Of a stretch of 24,000 nt of DNA, positions 16,475-24,000 are shown one piece after another. The stretch is from the NCBI GenBank assembly GCA_031287525.1, contig JAITSU010000051.1, forward strand, positions 1-24,000, read 5' to 3'. A model generated the notes under the pieces. The model was not told where the DNA came from. It worked only from the letters and a program-made list of their open reading frames with translations, and made no database searches. The position numbers were made by a program, and so were the translations under genes. Source of the DNA: Zoogloeaceae bacterium (GTDB lineage: Bacteria; Pseudomonadota; Gammaproteobacteria; Burkholderiales; Rhodocyclaceae). Each line of letters starts with the position of its first letter. Within the stretch, counting starts at the first letter, position 1.

Positions 16475-16582
16475 AGCGCAGGTTGGGTAAGCGAAGCGTA
16501 ACCCAACATCCCCACGCTATTCGCGTATTGTACATGAAGAACGGTTATGTTGGGTTGCGCCTTTGGCTTACCCAACCTACGC
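16475..16582. repeat. REPIN-like palindromic repeat, copy A (its left end, 16284-16297, is displaced by the MITE)
   Basis: About 92% identical by eye to 17729-17837. It is built from two inverted hairpin modules GTTGGGTAAGC-N-GCGTAACCCAAC (16482-16507 on +, 16549-16576 on -) around a ~40-nt spacer. The outer end on the minus strand begins GTAGGTTGGGT (GTAG head). Confidence 0.75.
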
Positions 16583-16598
16583 ACAATTTCACAGGGTC

Positions 16599-17069
16599 TC
16601 ACCCTGCGCCGACGCAGCGATAGCTCGTGGAAACCACGATGCCATCGCGCGCGCGGATGAAAAATTCGATGCCCCATTTCCACACCTCTTCTCCTTGAGC
16701 CTTGCCCATCCATACGTTGGCAAGCCATCCGTGCTCGCCTGCCTGTTCTTCCGGCATAATCTCGACCTGCACATAGTTATGACCATCCGGGTCATTGAGT
16801 TCGACCAGAAAACCGCTCAAATACGCTCCAATTGTCGCATCCAGAAAATCTGTACCCACTCCATGACAGGAACTATTGATACTCAAAGGTACTTTTGCGC
16901 TCAAGAACATCGCCTCGATGACGCTTTTAGCGGTTGGGGGCAGAGTAACGACTCGAATTTCGGAAGTCGGAGTATTGACTTCTGTGAATTGGGCGCTGGC
17001 ACAACCCACCAGCAGAAAGGCGACACTGCTGATGAGATAAAGTCGTATCCACTGAAATAATGAAATCAT
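16599..17069 (-). CDS. hypothetical lipoprotein (AT-rich islet gene 2)
   Basis: 156 aa. Signal peptide with lipobox LLVG|C (MISLFQWIRLYLISSVAFLLVGCAS). No family recognised. Confidence 0.6.
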   Translation of the reverse strand: MISLFQWIRLYLISSVAFLLVGCASAQFTEVNTPTSEIRVVTLPPTAKSVIEAMFLSAKVPLSINSSCHGVGTDFLDATIGAYLSGFLVELNDPDGHNYVQVEIMPEEQAGEHGWLANVWMGKAQGEEVWKWGIEFFIRARDGIVVSTSYRCVGAG

Positions 17070-17214
17070 GTCGCTATTTTTTTCCCTTGAATAGATGGAT
17101 CGCCGTATAACAAGGCAGGATTCGCCCCCGGCTTCATACGCTGCACTTGTTTTCTGCGTGTTTCATCGAAATCCAATCCTGAAACATGGCTAACGAAATG
17201 AGCGCAATTCGTAT

Positions 17215-17679
17215 TCATGGCGTAATTTCACAATACAGGGAATCCATTATTATTTTATCGAAAACAGCTTTGAATCGTAGCTCGAAATAAGACTTGCTCT
17301 CTCCAATAGAATGCGTAATCCTTATGAAACATTCTTTTCTTTCTTTGCCATAACATTGTCCTATAATTACATTTTCACCCTGATTCAATCCAGAAAGTTG
17401 AGGCAATAACAAATATTTGATTTTTTTATAGGATTCAGGGTGGGAACGATAATAGCAAGTTCCTTTGGGCACTACAGGGTTATCCACAGGTAAACTTTGC
17501 CAAACAACAGGAACATCATCATATTCGCCTGAAATCTCTTGTTCCAGGTTGGACAACAGGATTTCCCATGCTGTTTCTATATCATTGTCAGCATGGAATG
17601 ACGTAGCATTGCCCATGACAGGAAGCGCCATCCAAAACAAACTGAACAAGAGTGAGAAAAGATAAATATTTTTTTCCAT
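17215..17679 (-). CDS. hypothetical secreted Cys-containing protein (AT-rich islet gene 3)
   Basis: 154 aa from the ATG at 17679: MEKNIYLFSLLFSLFWMALPVMGNA is signal-peptide-like. The track ORF (184 aa) is extended into the upstream repeat (MGMLGYASLAQPAL...), which is repeat-derived, not coding. About 35% G+C at 17281-17340. Confidence 0.6.
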   Translation of the reverse strand: MEKNIYLFSLLFSLFWMALPVMGNATSFHADNDIETAWEILLSNLEQEISGEYDDVPVVWQSLPVDNPVVPKGTCYYRSHPESYKKIKYLLLPQLSGLNQGENVIIGQCYGKERKECFIRITHSIGESKSYFELRFKAVFDKIIMDSLYCEITP

Positions 17680-17728
17680 CAGAAAACCAACTCCGGTTGA
17701 ACCCCCGCCCTTTCGGGCGGTGGAAGCA

Positions 17729-17822
17729 AGCGCAGGTTGGGCAAGCGAAGCGTAACCCAACATCCCCACGCTATTCGCGTATTGTATATGGGGAACGGTT
17801 TATGTTGGGTTGTGCCTTTGGC

Positions 17823-17837
<15 letters not shown>
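17729..17837. repeat. REPIN-like palindromic repeat, copy B (overlaps the last codons and stop of hldA)
   Basis: Same architecture as copy A: modules at 17736-17761 (+) and 17804-17831 (-). The adjacent GNRA hairpin CCGCCC-GAAA-GGGCGG (17705-17720, read on the minus strand) is not part of the repeat. Confidence 0.75.
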
Positions 17838-18773
<936 letters not shown>

Positions 18774-18805
18774 GCGTCAGATTTCCTTTTTAATCGGACA
18801 AGAGT

Positions 18806-19225
18806 TCACCATCCGCCATGACGACTGACGGCTAAGTGCAATTCAGCAAGTACGGCGAAAACACAGATGGAAAAAATGAATGAACATGTTCTCACGAACC
18901 ACATTGGACATCCTTTCAGGCTGATAACCATCATGAGCAGGATGAATCCAGAAACCGGAATAAACGCCGTCGTCCAGATCGCTGCCCCAAAAAGCGCGAG
19001 TCTGAGGCAGAAAAAGAATTCGGGCGAAGGCAGAAACAGGGTAAACAAAAACACAAACAAGGTGGATATGGAAAAAACGATGGCTATTTCCGCTAACCAT
19101 GCCAGCAGCGCCTTTGTCCAGATATTATGCCCTTCGGATTCTTTGCGCTTGACCCATCTTGCAGATGCAACCGCCGCCCAAATGCTGGGGCTGACCAGAG
19201 CAATTAGTAACAGTAATAGCCACAT
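18806..19225 (-). CDS. hypothetical integral membrane protein (about 4 TM segments)
   Basis: 139 aa and hydrophobic throughout. Lower G+C than neighbours (43-52% in the two 60-nt lines counted). No family recognised; support comes only from ORF length, strand consistency and the TM pattern. Confidence 0.5.
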   Translation of the reverse strand: MWLLLLLIALVSPSIWAAVASARWVKRKESEGHNIWTKALLAWLAEIAIVFSISTLFVFLFTLFLPSPEFFFCLRLALFGAAIWTTAFIPVSGFILLMMVISLKGCPMWFVRTCSFIFSICVFAVLAELHLAVSRHGGW

Positions 19226-19262
19226 ATCACGCTTTCCTTCTCCTCACCCGCCCGCCGCTTGC

Positions 19263-20429
19263 TTACAGCGATGAATCAAATTCTTCCGCCCGACGCGGGG
19301 GATAGGTTTCCCAGCCGCCGCAGGCGGGGCAGCGCCAGTAGAACTGGCGGGCGCGGAAGCCGCAATCGTTGCAGCGATAACGCGCCAGACGGCGGGTGTA
19401 GCCCTGAATGATGGTCCGCGCCAGTTCCAGATCGGCGTGGCTTTCGTTGGCGACCAGGGGCAGGCGGGCGCTGATGAGTTTTTCCAGCGCCAGGAGTGAG
19501 GGGTTGCGTTGCAGTTCGGCGCGCACCATCTGGTAGGCGGCGTCCTGTCCCGCGCCTTCCAGCTCAAGTTGGTACACGCTGTCCAGCAGGTCGAGCGAGG
19601 GGTAGCGTTCGAGGTAGGCGCGCAAGAGCGCCAAGCCTTCTTCCGGTCGTCCCAGACGGCGGTAGGCTTCCTGCATCCTGCCCGCGACCAGCGCAAGATA
19701 GGCGGCGTCCTGCTGTTCGATTTTCTGCCAGACGGCGATGGCGACCTCCGGCTTATCCTGTTGCAGGGCGATGTCGCCTGACAGCAGGCTGGCGCGCACA
19801 CATTGCCGGTGCGCGGTTTTCGCTTCCGTGAGGTGATTTTCTGCCGCTTCAAAATTCGAGCGCGCCAGTTCATTGGCGGCGAGTTCGCAATGAAAATGGG
19901 CGATGTTTTTGCCGGAGCAGGGGTCGTCACGTTCGCGGGCGATGGCAATGGCTTTTTCCCATTCTTTTTCCAGTTGGTAGATGTCCAGCAACTGGCGCTG
20001 CGCCTCGTCTTGCAGGGAGGAGGTTTGCAGTTTGGCAAAAATGTCTTCGGCGCGGTCGAGCAGCCCCGCTTTCAGGTAATCCTGCCCCAGTTCCATGAGG
20101 GCTTGCAGACGGATTTCCTCACCCAGACCGTCGCGTTCAATCAGGCTTTGGTGCATCCGAATGGCGCGTTCGGTTTCGCCGCGCCGCCGGAAAAGCCCGC
20201 CCAGCGCGAAATTCAGTTCCACGGTTTCCGTGTCGCTGCGGGCGACTTCCAGAAAGGCGTCAATCGCCTTGTCCGGCTGTTCGCTCAACAGAAAATTCAG
20301 GCCTTGAAAATAGGAACGCGGCAGTTCGCGGGATTCGCGCACGACATGGTGAATATCCACCCGCGCCGCGACCCAGCCCAGCGCGAAAAAAAGCGGCAGC
20401 ATGAGCAACTGCCAGTATTCCAGTTCCAT
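19263..20429 (-). CDS. lapB: lipopolysaccharide assembly protein B (TPR protein with C-terminal rubredoxin-like zinc finger)
   Basis: 388 aa. N-terminal TM segment, TPR repeats, and the C-terminal YRCNDCGFRARQFYWRCPACGGW motif diagnostic of LapB/YciM. Confidence 0.93.
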   Translation of the reverse strand: MELEYWQLLMLPLFFALGWVAARVDIHHVVRESRELPRSYFQGLNFLLSEQPDKAIDAFLEVARSDTETVELNFALGGLFRRRGETERAIRMHQSLIERDGLGEEIRLQALMELGQDYLKAGLLDRAEDIFAKLQTSSLQDEAQRQLLDIYQLEKEWEKAIAIARERDDPCSGKNIAHFHCELAANELARSNFEAAENHLTEAKTAHRQCVRASLLSGDIALQQDKPEVAIAVWQKIEQQDAAYLALVAGRMQEAYRRLGRPEEGLALLRAYLERYPSLDLLDSVYQLELEGAGQDAAYQMVRAELQRNPSLLALEKLISARLPLVANESHADLELARTIIQGYTRRLARYRCNDCGFRARQFYWRCPACGGWETYPPRRAEEFDSSL

Positions 20430-20749
20430 CAGGACTCCACGGCGGGGATGATTGTAGTCGGGGCAGCGGAATGGGCGAAAGCGGCAGAAGCGGCTGCGGC
20501 GGCATTGGCGCGGTCGAGTTCTTTTTTCAGGCGACCCGCTTCACGCCGCGCCTTGAACAAAGCGCCCGCGATCGCCAGCACACCCAGCAGACAACCGGCT
20601 GCGAAAAACGCCACCAATACCAGCGACAGCGGCGCTTCCCAGACCTGTCCAAAAAAGAAATTAAGGCGGACAGGCTCCGCGTTTTTCAGGGCGAACAGGA
20701 ACAGAAAGAGGAATAACAGGAGGCGCAGCCCCCAGGTCAAAACGCGCAT
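20429..20749 (-). CDS. lapA: lipopolysaccharide assembly protein A
   Basis: 106 aa from the ATG at 20749 (MRVLTWGLRLLLFLFLFLFALKN...): two TM segments plus a basic coiled tail. The stop overlaps the lapB start by 1 nt (TGATG). The 152-aa track ORF has a spurious extension. Confidence 0.8.
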   Translation of the reverse strand: MRVLTWGLRLLLFLFLFLFALKNAEPVRLNFFFGQVWEAPLSLVLVAFFAAGCLLGVLAIAGALFKARREAGRLKKELDRANAAAAASAAFAHSAAPTTIIPAVES

Positions 20750-20923
20750 GGCATTATCCCGAAGCAGGTGAAAAAAGGGCGGCAGGCCGAAGCGTTGCCA
20801 ATGCCGGAATCTACCACGTTCGGAAGGCAGAGGACAGAGGACAGGAGACGGAAGACCGGCTTGCGTCGGAATGATGTCGGAACTCATCAGACCCGGCGGT
20901 GTCTGTTTTCTTCAAATTGATTC

Positions 20924-20929
20924 TATAAT
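20924..20929 (+). promoter_or_regulatory. candidate -10 hexamer (TATAAT) for the chemoreceptor gene
   Basis: Perfect TATAAT 51 nt upstream of the ATG. The -35 is poor (CTGTTT region). Confidence 0.3.
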
Positions 20930-20980
20930 GACGCTTCCACAAACTTCCGTTTGTAATATAACTGACCCGAGGGGGCTGCT

Positions 20981-22636
20981 ATGTTCAATAATTTCAAAGT
21001 GGGTACCCGACTTTTTTCACTGACGGCAATTGCGCTTTTGATGATGATTATCGTCGGTATTGTCGGGTTTTATGGCATCTCGAAAATATCGGGAGAGGCG
21101 GAGAGCATGTATGAAAATGCGACCGTACCGCTCTCTGAGCTGGGCGCCATGAATGGGACGCTGGGCAAAATTTGCGCGGATATTCTGCTCGCGCTGCAAC
21201 ACAATCCCGACAGTCCCCAGGCTTTGCTGCATGATCATCCTGTAGACGTGCATATCAAAAGCGCCGAACACTGGCGCTCTGTGTATGAACAGGGTTGGGC
21301 TGCCTACAAGAACACGTTTATGACAGACAAGGAAAAAGAACTGGCGCGCAAGGTTGATGAAAACTATGCGCCCTTCATGAAAGAAGCGGTCGAACCCACA
21401 CTTGTCGCGATACGCGCTGGCGATTTTTCCGCGAAAACGACCTCGGTTTTTTTGAGAGGCTTTCGCGCGTATGCCGAAAATGTTGAAATGACCATCGGCG
21501 AACTCATCGCGTTACAGAGCAAGATTGCCGGTGAGGAATTCAAGGAAGTACAAGCCGATTCCGGCTCGGCAAAGTCCGGGATGCTGGTGGCCACCCTGGT
21601 GGGCATTCTGCTTGCCACCGTCCTCGCCTGGGGCATCATCCAGTCCATCACCAAGCCACTGATCAAAGTGCAGACCGCAATGGCGGACATTGAAAAAACG
21701 GGCGACTTTACCCATCGCGCGCCTGTGGCGGGTACGGATGAAGTCGGGCAAACCGCGTCTTCTTTCAATGTCCTTTTGGAGAGCCTGCAAAAGAGCATCC
21801 GGGATGTGTTGGAGCATACCGTCAGTCTTGATCAGGCGGCGACTGAACTGGCGGCGACTTCCGAGCAATCCGCCAAGGGTTCGGAAATGACGAGCGAATC
21901 GTCGGCGGCGATGGCGTCTTCGGTCGAGGAAATGACCGTCAGCATCAATATGGTCAGCGAAAACGCCAGGGAAACCGCTGACATTACCACGCGCACCGGC
22001 GAACTTTCGGCGCGGGGCGGCGAGGTGATTTCGCGTACCGTGGAAGAAATGCGGGCGATGGCGGAAGCGGTACGGAGTTCGTCGAGCATCATTGCCGAGT
22101 TGGGGCAGCAGTCCGAACAGATTTCCGGCATTGTTCAGGTCATCAAGGATGTCGCCGACCAAACCAATCTGCTGGCGCTGAATGCCGCGATTGAGGCGGC
22201 GCGGGCAGGGGAACAGGGGCGTGGTTTTGCGGTAGTTGCCGACGAAGTACGGAAACTGGCGGAACGCACAGCGGGCGCGACGGGCGAAATTTCCGCAATG
22301 ATTACCGCCATCCAGACGAGTTCACATTCAGCCGTGGATGCCATGCACAAGGCAGCGGAACGGGTGGAATCCGGCGTGGCGTTGGCAGATCAGGCGGGTC
22401 AGGCGATCGCCGACATCCAGCAAGGCGCGGGGCAGGTGGCAGACCATGTGAACGACATCACCTCGGCATTGTCTGAACAAGGGCAGGCGAGCCAGAACAT
22501 TGCCCAACAGGTCGAACGGGTCGCGCAAGCCGCAGAAGAAAACAGCGCCGCCGCTCGCAGTTCTTCCGATGCGGCAGCCCATATCGAAGCACTGAGCAAG
22601 GGGATGCGCGAGAGCATGGCGAAATTCAGGGTGTGA
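20981..22636 (+). CDS. methyl-accepting chemotaxis protein (4-helix-bundle periplasmic sensor, HAMP, MA signalling domain)
   Basis: 551 aa. Two TM segments flank a ~170-aa periplasmic domain. Highly conserved signalling hairpin ...[43 protein letters not shown].... SD GAGGGGG lies upstream. Confidence 0.93.
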   Translation: MFNNFKVGTRLFSLTAIALLMMIIVGIVGFYGISKISGEAESMYENATVPLSELGAMNGTLGKICADILLALQHNPDSPQALLHDHPVDVHIKSAEHWRSVYEQGWAAYKNTFMTDKEKELARKVDENYAPFMKEAVEPTLVAIRAGDFSAKTTSVFLRGFRAYAENVEMTIGELIALQSKIAGEEFKEVQADSGSAKSGMLVATLVGILLATVLAWGIIQSITKPLIKVQTAMADIEKTGDFTHRAPVAGTDEVGQTASSFNVLLESLQKSIRDVLEHTVSLDQAATELAATSEQSAKGSEMTSESSAAMASSVEEMTVSINMVSENARETADITTRTGELSARGGEVISRTVEEMRAMAEAVRSSSSIIAELGQQSEQISGIVQVIKDVADQTNLLALNAAIEAARAGEQGRGFAVVADEVRKLAERTAGATGEISAMITAIQTSSHSAVDAMHKAAERVESGVALADQAGQAIADIQQGAGQVADHVNDITSALSEQGQASQNIAQQVERVAQAAEENSAAARSSSDAAAHIEALSKGMRESMAKFRV

Positions 22637-22654
22637 GTTTGCGGTTCGCGCAAT

Positions 22655-22684
22655 AAAAAAGCCCGACCGAAGTTGGGCTTTTTC
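22655..22684. terminator. bidirectional Rho-independent terminator between the MCP and porin genes
   Basis: A6, then stem AGCCCGAC (22660-22667), loop CGAA, stem GTTGGGCT (22672-22679), then a T-run. Confidence 0.8.
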
Positions 22685-22690
22685 AAAGGC

Positions 22691-22726
22691 AAGGCAGAAG
22701 GCGACGCGCTTCTGCCTTGTTTTTTC
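22691..22726 (+). terminator. second Rho-independent terminator (plus-strand orientation)
   Basis: 10-bp stem AAGGCAGAAG (22691-22700) / CTTCTGCCTT (22709-22718), followed by GTTTTTT. Confidence 0.7.
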
Positions 22727-22731
22727 AAGGC

Positions 22732-23817
22732 TTAAAAGGTGTGGCGCAGACCGACAGAAAGTCCGTTCTGGTACTGATCCGCGTCGCCGGTTCGGGTGGC
22801 GTCACCGACGCTGGCGGCGCGTCCGTCGTCGTTGCTGATGTCCGCATAGGCGGCGTAGAAATTCGTGCGTTTGGAGAGGCGGTAAGTGTAGCCCAATGCC
22901 CATTGCCGCGCCGTTTTACTGTCGCCCTGATATTTGTGCTTCGAGCGGATGTAAGACGCTTGTACGGCATGTTTGCCGAACGGCACGCTTGCGCCGACAA
23001 GCCAGGAGTTGAGCTTGATGTCGTCATTGCCACCGCCAAAATCCTTCCATTTGCTGGCGTCATAGAATGCCGAAAGTTTGACCACCTTGAAATCGTAGGA
23101 ACCGCCCACTGCCCGGTTGTCAACCGTAATGTCCGGCGCGCCGACTTTTTCCATGTGTCTGCCGTCAATGCGGTGAGCGTAGATTGCCACGTCCAGCGGG
23201 CCATTGACGTAGTGCGGATACACCGCCATCACGCGCACATCGCCCTCATTGGCGACGCCTTCCTGTCCGGCAGCCGTGGTCATGTAGGCGGCAATGACGT
23301 TAAAGCCATTCCACGAGGGGGAGAGATACAGCAAGGTATTGTCGGCGGTTTTCGGATTGAAAAGCCCGTAGGTGCCGCCGCCTTCCAGATTGGCGTAGAT
23401 GTTGGAATACTTGCCGACCGTGCCATCCGCGAAAGGATCGTAGCTTTTCAGGAAATTGTAGTGACCGCCGTCAATACGCCCGACGAGGAGGGTGCCGAAG
23501 CCACCCGACAGCCCCAGAAAGGATTGGGAAAAAAGTCGGTTATCGGCTTGTTGTCCATCATCCGCCGTGAAATCCGCTTCCAGCACAAACGAGGCTTTCA
23601 GCCCGTTGCCCAGGTCTTCAACGCCCCGAAAACCCAGGGTATTGTCGGCGCTTACGCCGGAATCAATCGCGTTTTTGCTGCCGACACCCGGCGCGATGTT
23701 GTCGCCGTAATGGGAAAAGCCCACGTCAATGGTGCCGTAAATTTGCACATTCGATTGCGCGCCAGCAACGCCGGAAAAAAGGAAAGCCAACGCCAGAGGG
23801 ATAAATTTGCGTTTCAT
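22732..23817 (-). CDS. outer-membrane general porin (Gram-negative porin family)
   Basis: 361 aa from the ATG at 23817. Signal peptide MKRKFIPLALAFLFSGVAGA, then QSNVQIYGTIDVGF... Beta-strand alternation throughout and a C-terminal ...GLRHTF ending in Phe. Confidence 0.9.
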   Translation of the reverse strand: MKRKFIPLALAFLFSGVAGAQSNVQIYGTIDVGFSHYGDNIAPGVGSKNAIDSGVSADNTLGFRGVEDLGNGLKASFVLEADFTADDGQQADNRLFSQSFLGLSGGFGTLLVGRIDGGHYNFLKSYDPFADGTVGKYSNIYANLEGGGTYGLFNPKTADNTLLYLSPSWNGFNVIAAYMTTAAGQEGVANEGDVRVMAVYPHYVNGPLDVAIYAHRIDGRHMEKVGAPDITVDNRAVGGSYDFKVVKLSAFYDASKWKDFGGGNDDIKLNSWLVGASVPFGKHAVQASYIRSKHKYQGDSKTARQWALGYTYRLSKRTNFYAAYADISNDDGRAASVGDATRTGDADQYQNGLSVGLRHTF

Positions 23818-24000
23818 GAAAGTAAATTCCTGTAGTTGAAAGAGCAATTATTGTATATCGACAAGGGCAATCCGGTTTTTTGATACAAATTGGCATGGGC
23901 AGGGGGCGCAACAGATGGCATCCGGGCAAACCCTGGCGCAGGAAGCGGACGGACGCATTTTGCATATCCGCGCCGGTTATCTTTGTTGAGCGACGGGCGT

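Noticed and set aside
16438-16728. 96-aa ORF, and the N-terminal 30 aa of ORF 17215-17769, both encoding MLGYASL(T/A)QPAL
   Set aside because: The shared peptide is simply the translation of the repeat module. The first ORF also overlaps the islet lipoprotein gene out of frame.

Overview
GC-rich chromosomal segment (about 58% G+C where I spot-counted a core gene). Gene content and order look betaproteobacterial: rpsT, then ychF-pth-rplY-prs-tRNA-Gln, hldA, lapA-lapB. That placement is inference; no search was possible. Left edge: the last 42 codons of an IS110-family transposase, then rpsT. A minus-strand housekeeping block follows (ychF, pth, rplY/ctc, prs, tRNA-Gln UUG), then creD, dsbC, an aldo/keto reductase and a Zn-dependent alcohol dehydrogenase. 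Centre: a Tat-signal DUF362 protein (+) faces a minus-strand operon larB-larC-larE plus a Bro-N/DinD-like gene. That operon makes the nickel-pincer nucleotide (NPN) cofactor, yet no canonical larA is in the window; mnmC lies upstream. Between mnmC and hldA is a ~1.9 kb AT-rich islet of three small exported proteins of unknown function. It is punctuated by two ~108-bp REPIN-like palindromic repeats, and a 177-bp MITE (perfect 21-bp TIRs, 10-bp target duplication) is inserted into one of them. Right part: hldA, a lower-GC orphan membrane protein, lapB, lapA, a methyl-accepting chemotaxis protein and a porin. Most interesting: (i) the DUF362 protein carries a LarA-like His/Lys/His motif beside the orphan larBCE operon, making it a candidate new, possibly periplasmic, NPN enzyme; (ii) the repeat-bounded AT-rich islet. 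Many long ORFs in the six-frame track are antisense shadows. Several real genes carry spurious N-terminal extensions, which I trimmed to family-typical N-termini, with Shine-Dalgarno (SD) support where one is present.
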